A program made the position numbers and the translations under genes. The notes under the pieces were generated by a model. That model was not told the origin of the DNA and made no database searches. It worked only from the letters and a program-made list of their open reading frames with translations. This document shows, one piece after another, positions 1-10,082 of a stretch of DNA of 64,000 nucleotides (its first letter is position 1; every line of letters starts with the position of its first letter). This stretch comes from Rubripirellula sp. (GTDB lineage: Bacteria; Planctomycetota; Planctomycetia; Pirellulales; Pirellulaceae), in NCBI GenBank assembly GCA_965216875.1, contig OZ244207.1, forward strand, positions 6,912,001 to 6,976,000, given 5' to 3'.

Positions 1-195
1 TTTCACAACGTGCCAAGTTACATCACGATGGACTTGCGTTACGCATGGCGACCAAACCGAAACCTCGAGCTTGCGGTTGTCGGACAAAACTTGCTCGATA
101 CCTATCATCCCGAGTATCGAGGTAGCCGCTTTACGAGCGAGATTTCAACCGAAGTTCCGCGCGGTGTGTATGGGATGTTCACGCTTCGATACTAG
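1..195 (+). CDS. TonB-dependent outer membrane receptor, C-terminal fragment (5' truncated by window)
   Basis: Frame open from base 1; ends DLRYAWRPNRNLELAVVGQNLLD...PRGVYGMFTLRY, the typical TBDR C-terminal barrel strands with a terminal aromatic residue; directly upstream of a YfiR-family gene. Confidence 0.85.
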   Translation, partial: FHNVPSYITMDLRYAWRPNRNLELAVVGQNLLDTYHPEYRGSRFTSEISTEVPRGVYGMFTLRY

Positions 196-295
196 AGACC
201 ACTACACGAACAATCAAAACACTTCCTGAGTTGAACACCGCGTTTGCGACCTGAGAGTCCTTGCGACGAGAACGAATTGAGACCTGACGAAAAGA

Positions 296-949
296 ATGAT
301 CCACTACGCTAACCAACAACCGACGACGCCAGCGAGCGAGCGGAACGCTTGTACCGCTCACGCGCGTCGAGGCGCGCCACGGGGCACGCGCTGGGGAGTG
401 CTGTGGGTGTGCATGGTGTTGTTGGCGGCAGTGTCATGTCCGGAGCGTGCGCCCGCACAACAAGCGGCGATGGCTCGCGAGTACAAGGTGAAGGTTGCCT
501 ACATCTACAACTTCACTCGCTACGTCAAATGGCCGAAACGAGCGTTTTCCAACGATCAATCACCCTTCGTGATTGCTGTGTTCGGTGCCGATCCGTTGGG
601 GTCAACGCTCGACAAGCTCCAGAAACGCAAAGCGTCTGGTCGGCCTATCATCACGCGCCGCTACCAATCGCTCGACGAAGTCGGCCAGGCACACATTCTG
701 TTTATCGCCGGGCCACGCGATGAAAGTGTTGACGAATTACTCGCTGGTCAGCTTGGCAATAAGCCGATTCTCGTTGTCTGCCAACAGCCCGGCTTGGGCG
801 TCTCGGGTGCTCCCGTCAATTTCTTTCTCGATAACGATGGGACGGTGGGTTTCGAATTGAATGTCGACGCGATTCAACGACGAGGTCTTAGTGCCGACGC
901 ACAACTGATGAACATTGCTCGAGTGGTTCGTGATGGAGGGAAGCAATGA
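296..949 (+). CDS. YfiR/HmsC family (DUF4154) periplasmic protein
   Basis: Signal-peptide-like segment, then EYKVKVAYIYNFTRYVKWP...FELNVDAIQRRGL, matching the YfiR pattern; true start may be downstream. Confidence 0.9.
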   Translation: MIHYANQQPTTPASERNACTAHARRGAPRGTRWGVLWVCMVLLAAVSCPERAPAQQAAMAREYKVKVAYIYNFTRYVKWPKRAFSNDQSPFVIAVFGADPLGSTLDKLQKRKASGRPIITRRYQSLDEVGQAHILFIAGPRDESVDELLAGQLGNKPILVVCQQPGLGVSGAPVNFFLDNDGTVGFELNVDAIQRRGLSADAQLMNIARVVRDGGKQ

Positions 950-2700
950 GATTCCTTCGAAATCTATCAATACGCTACAAGCTTCCGGCGCTGACGGCGA
1001 TCACGACAACGATGGCATTGGCCATCTGCTGCATTGTCTTCGTTAGCAAAGACATTCGCTTGATGCGTGAGTCAAAGGTAAGCCAGCTGACCGCGATTGC
1101 TGACATCCTAGCCGAAAATAGTTCTGCGGCATTGTCGTTTCATCAGCAAGATGCTGCCGTGGCGCTGCTGGAGTCACTTTCCGAGCGACCAACGATCATG
1201 TCGGCTTGGATGCTCGATGACACATCCGAGGTCTTTGCCCAGTACAGCCGCGAAGAAGGCGGCAAATTCCCAGCGTACGTTGACGACCGCTTGTACCACT
1301 ACGCCGAGGATGGTTCGCTCTTTGTTTGGGTGCCGATCGAGGATGAAGGCGAAACGTTGGGCATGATCGTCGTGCACGATTCGCTGGACGATCTGCACGC
1401 AAACATCAACGACGCGATCTGGATCACGGTCGTCGTGTTGGTGATCTGCATCATCGTCGGTCTTAGCCTTGCCCTGCCGATGAACCGAATCCTTTCGAAG
1501 CCGCTTCTGGATCTTGCGACAACGGTCCAGCAAATCTCGGCTGGTTCTGATTTCTTTACGATTCGAGCCCACCATGAATCGCACGACGAAATCGGAGTGC
1601 TCTACGACGAATTCAATGCCATGTTGCAGCGGATTCAAGAACGCGACGAGGTGATCGGAAAGGCGCACCACGAGCTGAAGGCCGCAAACGACCAGCTCGA
1701 GGAGCGAGTCAAAGAACGGACGCAGATGCTCGAGCACGCCAACGACAAGCTAAAGCTCGAAATGAACGAACGCGTCGCAGCGTCCAAAGCGTTGTCGGAT
1801 GCTCAGGATGAATTGATCGAAGCATCACGAAAAGCGGGTATGGCCGATGTCGCCAATAGCGTCCTGCACAACGTTGGCAACGTCCTGAACAGTTTGAACG
1901 TCTCCTCTGCGGTGATCACCGAACGCGTCAAGGAAATGCGGGTCACAAAGCTTCAGCAGTGTATCGCGATGATCTTGAACTACGAAGGCGACCTGACCGA
2001 CTTCCTAACCAATGACGCCAAGGGAAAGATCATCCCTGAGTACCTTCCGAACTTGGTGGATAACATCACTTCGGATCAACAACACGTTCTTTGTGAACTC
2101 GAGTCGTTAACAAAGAACGTTGAACACATCAAAGACATTGTCCGAGCCCAACAATCGCATGCGGGTGCATTCGGCGTGATCGAAGTCTGTGAAGCCGAGG
2201 AGTTGATGGAGGATGCATTGCAATTCTCAATCGATTCGATCAAACGCCATGGGATTGAACTGCAACGCGAATATGAAGAGGTCGGTGACATTCAGGTCGA
2301 AAAGGCGCGGCTACTTCAGATCCTTGTGAACCTCATCAAGAACGCTAAGGAATCGGTCTTGTCCGATGAGAACTATGACCGAAGCGTTATCTTGGGGGTT
2401 GGTCCGGCCGATGACGAACACGTGCGCTACTATGTTCGTGACTCAGGAATGGGAATTGAGCCAGCGAAGTTGACCAAGATCTTTTCGCACGGCTTCACGA
2501 CAAAAGCCAATGGGCATGGGTTCGGTTTGCACGCGTCAGCTAACTTTGCCCGCGAGATGGGCGGAAGCCTTACCGCCGATAGCGACGGCGTTGGCCAGGG
2601 CGCCACTTTCACAATCGTACTGCCGCGGCGACGCGACAAAACCACCAGTCCGATGGTGAAGTCACCCGCCCCAGTGAACCAGGCGGCGTCCTGTCTGTAA
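946..2700 (+). CDS. Membrane sensor histidine kinase (periplasmic CHASE8-like domain, HAMP, HATPase)
   Basis: Two TM segments, [19 protein letters not shown]-box [11 protein letters not shown]-box NLIKNA, DSGMGI, FTTK, GHGFGL; ATGA overlap with yfiR. Confidence 0.93.
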   Translation: MRFLRNLSIRYKLPALTAITTTMALAICCIVFVSKDIRLMRESKVSQLTAIADILAENSSAALSFHQQDAAVALLESLSERPTIMSAWMLDDTSEVFAQYSREEGGKFPAYVDDRLYHYAEDGSLFVWVPIEDEGETLGMIVVHDSLDDLHANINDAIWITVVVLVICIIVGLSLALPMNRILSKPLLDLATTVQQISAGSDFFTIRAHHESHDEIGVLYDEFNAMLQRIQERDEVIGKAHHELKAANDQLEERVKERTQMLEHANDKLKLEMNERVAASKALSDAQDELIEASRKAGMADVANSVLHNVGNVLNSLNVSSAVITERVKEMRVTKLQQCIAMILNYEGDLTDFLTNDAKGKIIPEYLPNLVDNITSDQQHVLCELESLTKNVEHIKDIVRAQQSHAGAFGVIEVCEAEELMEDALQFSIDSIKRHGIELQREYEEVGDIQVEKARLLQILVNLIKNAKESVLSDENYDRSVILGVGPADDEHVRYYVRDSGMGIEPAKLTKIFSHGFTTKANGHGFGLHASANFAREMGGSLTADSDGVGQGATFTIVLPRRRDKTTSPMVKSPAPVNQAASCL

Positions 2701-2826
2701 CGATTCTCGCGAATGCGACGGTATTATTTGTTCGGCATTCCGAAAGGAAATCCCGATCCATTTGTTGTTGCGTATTCCTGGTCGTAGTGTTTCGCGTCTG
2801 GTCGGTTTCTGAACACCGATGCGGAT

Positions 2827-4116
2827 ATGAATACGCAACACGACTGGGGCAGGTCAGTGGGAATCCTTAATCTAGAAAACCGACGCATACTCATTGTGGA
2901 TGACAATACTGCCATCCATGATGACTTCAATAAGATCCTTGGGGCAACCGAATCCTCAAGTGACCTCGATGCGCACGAAGCCGCATTGTTCGGTGAAGCG
3001 TCATCGACGACACCAAGTTCCGTTCCCGATTTTGAGCTGAAAAGCGCATTTCAAGGGCGCGATGCGATCAACATGGTGCAAGACGCCACCGAGATCGGGA
3101 CCCCTTTTGCATTGGCTTTCGTCGACATGCGAATGCCACCAGGCATCGATGGTCTGGAAACCATTCGAGGGATCTGGGAAATCGATTCGCGACTCCACGT
3201 TGTGATCTGTAGCGCCTACAGCGACTACACCAGTGGCCAAATCTTGGAAGAGCTTGGCCAAACCGACCGCCTACTGATCCTGAAGAAGCCATTTGAGCCC
3301 GATGAGGTTCGACTTGCGGCGGTCACCATGACACGCAAGTGGTACGAGGCTGCATTGGCGAGTCAAAAGACCGAGGGACTTCAACGCGAAGTGTCGCGCA
3401 AGACGGAACATGTCGAACGCACACGCGACGCCATGATGTTTGCTCTGGCGCAGCTCGCCGAATCGCGTGATACAGAGACCGGACAACACCTCGATCGCAT
3501 GCGAGCTTATTCGCAGATCCTCGCTGGCCAACTTGCCGCCGTGGGGCCTTACAAGAATGAAATTGATCAGCAGTTTCTCGACGACCTTTACCGCAGCAGC
3601 CCGCTGCACGATATCGGCAAGGTCGGGATTCCAGATGCGATCTTGCTGAAGCCGGGGCGGCTGACGTCTGAAGAATATGACGTGATGAAACAACACGTTG
3701 CGATCGGCACGAGTACGATCCGCGATGCGATCGAACGAATTGGCGACAAAACGTCATTGCAGATGGCCGCGGAAATCGTCGAATTTCATCATGAACGATT
3801 CGATGGCACCGGCTACCTGCAAGGGCTGAAAGGGATCGAGATTCCGCTTTCGGCAAGAATCGTTGCCTTGGCCGATGTCTTTGATGCGATTTCGTCACGT
3901 CGCGTCTACAAAGACGCCGTCGACCCGAACAAAACGAAAGAGATCATCGTTTCCGAGAGTGGAAAACACTTTGATCCCGTGATTGTCGACGCATTCAACC
4001 AATGCTTCGACAAGTTTCTTGAAGTGGGAAGCTTTGAAAAGCGCGAAGAAGCGTCGGCATTGCCGCTGCCGTTTCCAGCGCCGCCGATGTCGGCTTCCAC
4101 GGCAGCAGCCATCTAA
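2827..4116 (+). CDS. Response regulator with HD-GYP c-di-GMP phosphodiesterase domain (RpfG-like)
   Basis: Receiver ILIVDD...FVDMRMPPG...KPF; ETGQHLDRM, LHDIGKVGIPDAILLKPGRLT, HHERFDGTGYL, ARIVALADVFDA. Confidence 0.92.
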   Translation: MNTQHDWGRSVGILNLENRRILIVDDNTAIHDDFNKILGATESSSDLDAHEAALFGEASSTTPSSVPDFELKSAFQGRDAINMVQDATEIGTPFALAFVDMRMPPGIDGLETIRGIWEIDSRLHVVICSAYSDYTSGQILEELGQTDRLLILKKPFEPDEVRLAAVTMTRKWYEAALASQKTEGLQREVSRKTEHVERTRDAMMFALAQLAESRDTETGQHLDRMRAYSQILAGQLAAVGPYKNEIDQQFLDDLYRSSPLHDIGKVGIPDAILLKPGRLTSEEYDVMKQHVAIGTSTIRDAIERIGDKTSLQMAAEIVEFHHERFDGTGYLQGLKGIEIPLSARIVALADVFDAISSRRVYKDAVDPNKTKEIIVSESGKHFDPVIVDAFNQCFDKFLEVGSFEKREEASALPLPFPAPPMSASTAAAI

Positions 4117-4162
4117 ACAAAAGGCTGTCGGTCGACAGAATCAATGGCGAGTGATCGGCGAG

Positions 4163-6499
4163 TCACTCGTCCGACGGCTGGATGCTGTCGATTGCCTTAC
4201 GAACAAAGTCGCGAAAACGTCGATCTCGATCGTTTTCGAATTCTTTGAGAAGCGGGAGCGCCTCTTTGGCCTCTGGTCCGATTTTTCGTAGCAGCGAGAC
4301 GGCATAGTATCGCCGCCTGCGGTCGCCGGATTTGAGTCCTTCGATCAGCACGGGGATCGCGTCGGCGTCGGCGTCGTCGATATCGCGAAGAGCCCCACGA
4401 GCGGCATCTTCGTCTTCGTCGTTTTCGAGCATTCGAAACAACGTCGGCACTGCCGACTTTGCGGCTGGACCAATGTCACCCAATGCAAGGGCTGCGTCGC
4501 GACGAATCACCCATTGGTCATCTCCCAATGCTTCGATCAAGTGCGGCACGGCGGATTGAGGCTGCGGTGCAATCTTTGCAATGGCGTTGACGGCGGCGAT
4601 CCGAAGTTCGGGTGAATCATGTTTGATGAAGGGAGCGATTTCGGGCACGCAATTGCTGGCCGACTTCCCGAACTTTTGCAAGCTCGATAGCGTCGCTGCG
4701 ATGGCGGATTCATCGTCATCGGCGAACAGTTTTTTGAGTTGACCGATCGTTTCGTTGTCGCTTGCCCCGATGTTGCCAAGCGCCGTTGCGGCCGCGGCCC
4801 GCACATCCCCGTTGTCATCGGACAAGCAAACCCGCAGTGCTTCGATCGAATCTTTCGCTTCCGTTCCGGCGCGACCCAACGTGTGAGCGGCTTGAGCGCG
4901 AACGGCAGGTTCCGGATCGCCGAGTGCATCGGTCAGTGGCTTTGCCAACGACTTGATTAATCCGTCGTGTTTTCCAACCGCCTCCATTGTCGATCGTCGA
5001 ACCGAAGGCGTCTCGTCGACGAGTGTGGTCGCGAAGACTTCCGAAAGCGAATCGGGTTGGCTACTGATTTCGGCGAGCGCGATGACTGCGGCAGCACGGA
5101 TTTCAGGTGATTCGTCGGTTGCCGCGTCACGCACCTGGGCTGTGAATTCAGAAGCGGCGCTCGATGCGTTGCCGATTGCCCAGATCGCTGCCGCGCGGAC
5201 TGAGTCGGATGAATCGTTCATGCGTTCCGCAATCGGTTCGATTGCTTCCTTGGGCATCGGCATGATTGCACCAAGAGCACGCAGGCTGCGAATACGAACG
5301 TCAACGCGATCACTTTGAGTCGCTTCGATCAACGGTGGGACTGCCCTTCCGCCGACAGCGGCCAAACAATCAGCAAGCTTGACATCGTCGCCGGTTGAAT
5401 CGAGCAAGACGGGTACGGCGTCGGGACCAATCCTTGCGATCGCGCGGACCACAGCCGCATGAATCGGTTCCGCATCTTCGTCGGCACTCACGTTCATCGC
5501 CACCAACAGGTCATCGAGTGCCGGCGCTCCCTCGGGCCCCATCATCCCAACCGCTGCTGCAGCGAGTTGCCGCGTCTGCAGATCGTCGCCACGAAGCATT
5601 TTGGCAAGGTGCGGCATCAAGTCCGACGAGGCGGAACCGAGATGTTGCATGCCAACAAATCCAGCGCCGCGGACTGCGGCGTCTTCGTTAGCCAATCCGC
5701 GAGCGACCACGGGAACGAGTTGTTCACGATCCACCTTTGACTTGGCCAAAGCAATCAAGAGCGATGCATGCGTCTGTCCCGCCGATGGGTCACTTGCCAC
5801 GGCTTCAATAGCGGTTTCAATTTGAGCGATGCCACCCTCATCGGAGACAACCATTCGGCTGAGCGCAAAGGCGGCTCCCTGCTTGGTGTTTTCACTGCCC
5901 TGTTGGAGGGTTTTCAGCAGTTTCGACTGGACGTGCGGCATTTGCGACAACGTTTCGGCAGCGGTCTGCCGCACCGTTTCCTCACGGTCGTCGAGGGTGG
6001 TGATCAGACGGTCGATCACGTCATCCGATTTGAGGTCGCACCAACCCAATGCCCGGGCTGCACCGGAGCGGACGCGTGATGAGTCGTCTTGGAGTGCTTC
6101 GACCAAAGCGGGAACGGCATCGTCGCCAATCATGCCGAGCGCATATGCAGCGCGGTAGCGGCGTTGATCCTCGGAGTCCGAAAGGCATCGTATCAGCGGT
6201 TCGGTTGCGGAATGGGCGTCGGGACCAATCTTGGCGAGCGCCATCACCACCAAGTTGGCAAGTTGGTCATCGCGATCTCTCACCAATTCACTTAACGTCG
6301 GCACAGCGGCCGCCGCCGAAGGGCCGAGCTTGCCAATGGCAATGGCGGCATCGCGGCGCACTTGCAGGTCGTTGTCCTCGAGTTGGCCAATCAGATCTTT
6401 GACCGACGGTTCGTCGCCACGCAAAGGTCCGACTGCAAACACCGAGAGGGCAATTGCGATGACAAAGGCGCGCATGGAAAGGGTGGGTAGGTGGCTCAT
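4163..6499 (-). CDS. Exported HEAT/PBS-lyase repeat protein
   Basis: N-terminal signal peptide; many repeats of type VRxxAAxALGxIGPxAxxAVPxL. Confidence 0.9.
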   Translation of the reverse strand: MSHLPTLSMRAFVIAIALSVFAVGPLRGDEPSVKDLIGQLEDNDLQVRRDAAIAIGKLGPSAAAAVPTLSELVRDRDDQLANLVVMALAKIGPDAHSATEPLIRCLSDSEDQRRYRAAYALGMIGDDAVPALVEALQDDSSRVRSGAARALGWCDLKSDDVIDRLITTLDDREETVRQTAAETLSQMPHVQSKLLKTLQQGSENTKQGAAFALSRMVVSDEGGIAQIETAIEAVASDPSAGQTHASLLIALAKSKVDREQLVPVVARGLANEDAAVRGAGFVGMQHLGSASSDLMPHLAKMLRGDDLQTRQLAAAAVGMMGPEGAPALDDLLVAMNVSADEDAEPIHAAVVRAIARIGPDAVPVLLDSTGDDVKLADCLAAVGGRAVPPLIEATQSDRVDVRIRSLRALGAIMPMPKEAIEPIAERMNDSSDSVRAAAIWAIGNASSAASEFTAQVRDAATDESPEIRAAAVIALAEISSQPDSLSEVFATTLVDETPSVRRSTMEAVGKHDGLIKSLAKPLTDALGDPEPAVRAQAAHTLGRAGTEAKDSIEALRVCLSDDNGDVRAAAATALGNIGASDNETIGQLKKLFADDDESAIAATLSSLQKFGKSASNCVPEIAPFIKHDSPELRIAAVNAIAKIAPQPQSAVPHLIEALGDDQWVIRRDAALALGDIGPAAKSAVPTLFRMLENDEDEDAARGALRDIDDADADAIPVLIEGLKSGDRRRRYYAVSLLRKIGPEAKEALPLLKEFENDRDRRFRDFVRKAIDSIQPSDE

Positions 6500-6507
6500 C
6501 GTTTCTA

Positions 6508-7869
6508 TTAGATTTGCAAACCTGGCAAACGGCCCGTGCTGTCACCAATAAACGGTGCGGGAGCACCGACGCGATCGAGCATCGACATGAACAGGTTGCA
6601 CATCGGTGTTTCGGTCGAATGGCGAAGGTGACGCCCCGGATCGATCGTGCCACCGCCGCGTCCGGCCAACAGAATGGGAAGGTTTTCGTTGTTGTGGCGA
6701 TTGCCATCACTCAATGCGCTGCCGTAGCAGATCATTGAATGATCCAGCAACGTTCCCTCGCCTTCAGGAATCGACTGCATGCGTTCAAGAAGGTACGCCA
6801 ACTGCGAAGTGTGGAAGCGATTGATTTCCGAGATCTTGGCCAGCTTTTTAGGGTCGCCGCCGTGGTGTGACAGGTCGTGGTGACCGTCGGGAACTTCGAT
6901 TTGGCGATAACTGCGATTGCTACCCGCGTTGGCGAACATGAACGATGCAACTTGGGTCGTGTCGGTTTGGAATGCCAGAACCATGATGTCTGACAACAAC
7001 CGAATGTGCTCGCCGTAGTCTTTGGGAATTCCAGCTGGCGCGGGATAGTCGACTGTTGCGTTGATCGGCTCCAGACCGTCTTTTTCACTTCTTTCGATGC
7101 GACGTTCAATTTCGCGGACGCCCGTTAGGTATTCATCGAGCTTTCTTACGTCGCCCATGCCAAGCTTCTTCTGCAGCTGGCTTGCATCCTCTTTGATGAA
7201 ATCGAGGATGCTCTTGTTCAGGGCGTCGCGGCGTTGTTGATTCTCGTCGACTTCTTTTTTCGTGCCGCCTGCGAACAGACGTTCAAAAGCCAAACGAGGG
7301 TTGATCTCTTTACTGACCGGCGTCGAATCCGAGGACCAAGAAATGTTGTTCGAATACGCACAGCTATAGCCTGAATCGCAGTTTCCGGCGTTACGGCCTT
7401 GCTCGCAGCCGAGTTCAATGGACGCAAATTTGGTGCGTTCACCAATCGCTTGAGCTGCCCATTGATCGACCGAAATGCCCGAGCGAATGTTCGCCCCGTT
7501 TGTTTTTCTCGGTTGCGAACCGGTCAAAAAGACCGAAGCACTGCGAGCATGGTCGCCCGGTCCGTCGCCATTGCTGCGTCCTTTGTCGTGAGTCAGCCCG
7601 CTGATCACCAACAGCTCATCGCGAACGCGCGATAGAGGCTCGAGGATGTAGGGCAAGTCATACCCGTAGCCGACTCGCTTGGGCGTCCATTGTGAAAGGT
7701 GAACGCCGTTGGGAACAAAGATGAATCCCATGCGCGTGGGGACGCTTGCTGTCGCACTCGAGGCGAGCGCCGGTGTCGGCAGGAGCGAATCGAAGAAAGG
7801 CAGCCCCAACGAGACGCCAAGACCTCGAAGCACATTGCGACGAGAAAGTTTGGATGGTTTGTCGTTCAT
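6508..7869 (-). CDS. DUF1552 domain protein (Tat-type signal)
   Basis: Start re-assigned to ATG 7869 (TAATG overlap with upstream stop); SRRNVLRGLGVSLGLP, FVPNG, CDSGYSCAY, HHDLSHH, GDSTG. Confidence 0.9.
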   Translation of the reverse strand: MNDKPSKLSRRNVLRGLGVSLGLPFFDSLLPTPALASSATASVPTRMGFIFVPNGVHLSQWTPKRVGYGYDLPYILEPLSRVRDELLVISGLTHDKGRSNGDGPGDHARSASVFLTGSQPRKTNGANIRSGISVDQWAAQAIGERTKFASIELGCEQGRNAGNCDSGYSCAYSNNISWSSDSTPVSKEINPRLAFERLFAGGTKKEVDENQQRRDALNKSILDFIKEDASQLQKKLGMGDVRKLDEYLTGVREIERRIERSEKDGLEPINATVDYPAPAGIPKDYGEHIRLLSDIMVLAFQTDTTQVASFMFANAGSNRSYRQIEVPDGHHDLSHHGGDPKKLAKISEINRFHTSQLAYLLERMQSIPEGEGTLLDHSMICYGSALSDGNRHNNENLPILLAGRGGGTIDPGRHLRHSTETPMCNLFMSMLDRVGAPAPFIGDSTGRLPGLQI

Positions 7870-9815
7870 TATTCGCTCGCCGATTCGCGTAGCAGGAATG
7901 GTGGACTGGTGACGATCTCGGTCACGATCGTGGAAAAACGATGATCGTTTTCTTCTAGCTTTTTGACGATGTCTTTGACGGTGCATCGGTCATAGGAACG
8001 TAGTCCGCGACCCAATGCGTACGTTAGCAGTTTCTCTGTGAGGCAACGACAAAACGCGTCGCTCTTTTCTTCGGCAAGGATATTCATCAGTTCGGCGGCG
8101 TCGCCAAAGTGACGTCCGCCCGGCAGTTGCCCCGAGGGATCGATGTCAAACCGCCCGTCTTTGTCGCGCCATGCGCCGGTCGCGTCAAAATTCTCGAGCC
8201 CAAAGCCAAGTGTGTCCATTTTTTGGTGACAGACGGCGCAGCTTTGGTTGTCCCGATGTTGCTGCATCCGCTCGCGAAGCGACCCAAAGGTCTCGGCATC
8301 GTCACTGAGTTCGGGGACATCCGGTGGTGGCGGTGGAGGGGCTTCGCCAAGGATGTTGTCCAGAATCCACTTGCCACGTTTCACTGGTGAAGTGCGTGTT
8401 GGATTGGAAGTCAAAAGCAAAATGCTCGCATGTGTCAGCACACCTCGACGACGACCATCAAGCTGGACGCGGTGAAAGTCATCCCCTTTGACATCGTTGA
8501 TGCCATAGTGCTTGGCTAGCCGCGCGTTCACATACGAGTAATCGGCGTTGAGGAAATCGAGCACACTCCGATCTTCACGAATCACCGATTCAAAGAAGAG
8601 CTCGGTTTCGCGACGCATGGATTGACGCAAGTCATTATCAAACGACGCGAATTGTTCGGGGTTTGGGTTGAGCAGTTCGACGTCACGTAGTTGCAGCCAT
8701 TGACCGGCGAAATTCTTGACCAATGCGTCGGCCTTGGGATCGGCCAACATCCGTTTGACTTGACCCTTGATCACCGAGTGGTCTTGCAGTTTGTCTTCAC
8801 GAGCGAGGGAAAAGAGTTCCTCGTCCGGCATACTGCTCCACAAGAAATACGACAGCCGAGTCGCGATCTCGTAGCTGTTGAGCTCACGAACGCGATCTTC
8901 GTCATCGGGTGCCGGGTCGAGTTCGACACGGAAGAGGAATTGTGGTGACGCCAAAACAGCAGTGACTGCTGTCTTGAAAATCTCGTCTTCGGCACTTCCT
9001 TTTTGAAACGCGATCACCATCAAGCGAAACAACCGATCCACTTCGTCGTCGCTCAACGGACGACGATAAGCTCGCTCGGCGAAGGCACGAATGTTCTTTC
9101 GCGCCATTTCGATCTTTTCTTCATCGTTTGATGCTTGATGAATCAAGATGCGGTTACGCGCGGCCTCGTCGGCAAAGGCAGCATCGCTTGCGAGTCGAGC
9201 CGCAGCGACATACTTCTCCAACAGGATCGGCGAGATCGTCAGAACATCGCCCATGTTGTCAAAGCCATTGCCAACATCATCGGTCGGAAAGTCGGCGGCC
9301 AGGTCGAGGTCCAAACCGAGCAGGTCGCGCAACGTGTTGTTGTATTCCACCCGATTGAGTCGCCGGATCGTCACCCGACCAGGATGTTTGGAAGCATCGC
9401 AGTCGAACGCCTCGAGCTGCTGGTCAATTGCCTCGATGCAATCCATCACTTCAGCTTGACTGGGCTGGTCGTAATCGGATGGCGGCATTTGACCTTCGGC
9501 CATCATCCGACGAACGCGTTCCCAAATCGCATAGTCGGTTTGGATCAACGCGGAATCTTCATAACGGTCCAGGTTCAACTTCGCTTCAGCTTCATCGCCG
9601 CTGTGGCAATCGAGGCAGTAGCTGTTGAAAAAGGGAACGATTCGATCGCGGAAGGCCTGCCCCACTTCGGCGGCGGCGGTCTCTTCACCGGCTGTCGTTT
9701 CTTCGGGTTCGGCGGCACGAATGGGGGCAATTGAAAACGATACGACCACCAGAAGGGCCAAGTGCAAGGCCCAGCGGAAGGTCGTGAGGGAAAGGTTGGC
9801 GAGCTGATTTGGCAT
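7869..9815 (-). CDS. DUF1592/DUF1588/DUF1585 (planctomycete cytochrome c-like) protein
   Basis: CxxCH motifs CLDCH and CAVCH; RRLNRVEYNNTLRDLLG, LSYFLWSSMPD, NFAGQWL, TSPVKRGKW; start chosen at ATG 9815. Confidence 0.9.
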   Translation of the reverse strand: MPNQLANLSLTTFRWALHLALLVVVSFSIAPIRAAEPEETTAGEETAAAEVGQAFRDRIVPFFNSYCLDCHSGDEAEAKLNLDRYEDSALIQTDYAIWERVRRMMAEGQMPPSDYDQPSQAEVMDCIEAIDQQLEAFDCDASKHPGRVTIRRLNRVEYNNTLRDLLGLDLDLAADFPTDDVGNGFDNMGDVLTISPILLEKYVAAARLASDAAFADEAARNRILIHQASNDEEKIEMARKNIRAFAERAYRRPLSDDEVDRLFRLMVIAFQKGSAEDEIFKTAVTAVLASPQFLFRVELDPAPDDEDRVRELNSYEIATRLSYFLWSSMPDEELFSLAREDKLQDHSVIKGQVKRMLADPKADALVKNFAGQWLQLRDVELLNPNPEQFASFDNDLRQSMRRETELFFESVIREDRSVLDFLNADYSYVNARLAKHYGINDVKGDDFHRVQLDGRRRGVLTHASILLLTSNPTRTSPVKRGKWILDNILGEAPPPPPPDVPELSDDAETFGSLRERMQQHRDNQSCAVCHQKMDTLGFGLENFDATGAWRDKDGRFDIDPSGQLPGGRHFGDAAELMNILAEEKSDAFCRCLTEKLLTYALGRGLRSYDRCTVKDIVKKLEENDHRFSTIVTEIVTSPPFLLRESASE

Positions 9816-10082
9816 CAAGATTGAGGATTCCTGGGGAATCACGTCGTGGCAGGTAGGGGCGTGCGTGGTGTGGGCTGCCATGGGGTGCACGGCTGAAACG
9901 TGCTAGGTGGGGATTCAGCCCCTTTATTCTACACGGAACGGCGTATCATGTAGAGATTGGATCTGCCGATCAGAAATGAGGCTCGAAACCGCAAAAAACG
10001 GGCAAATGCGGTCTCTTGCGACGCTGTGTCGGCTGAAACACCCCAAAACCACTCCCTCATCACGACATGCCCGGACCGAGAC

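Noticed and set aside
2701..2826. TTCC-GAAA-GGAA hairpin upstream of the HD-GYP gene as a c-di-GMP-I riboswitch
   Set aside because: Only the GNRA hairpin is present; the flanking GGCAAA / GACGCAAAGC-like elements and second stem are not evident
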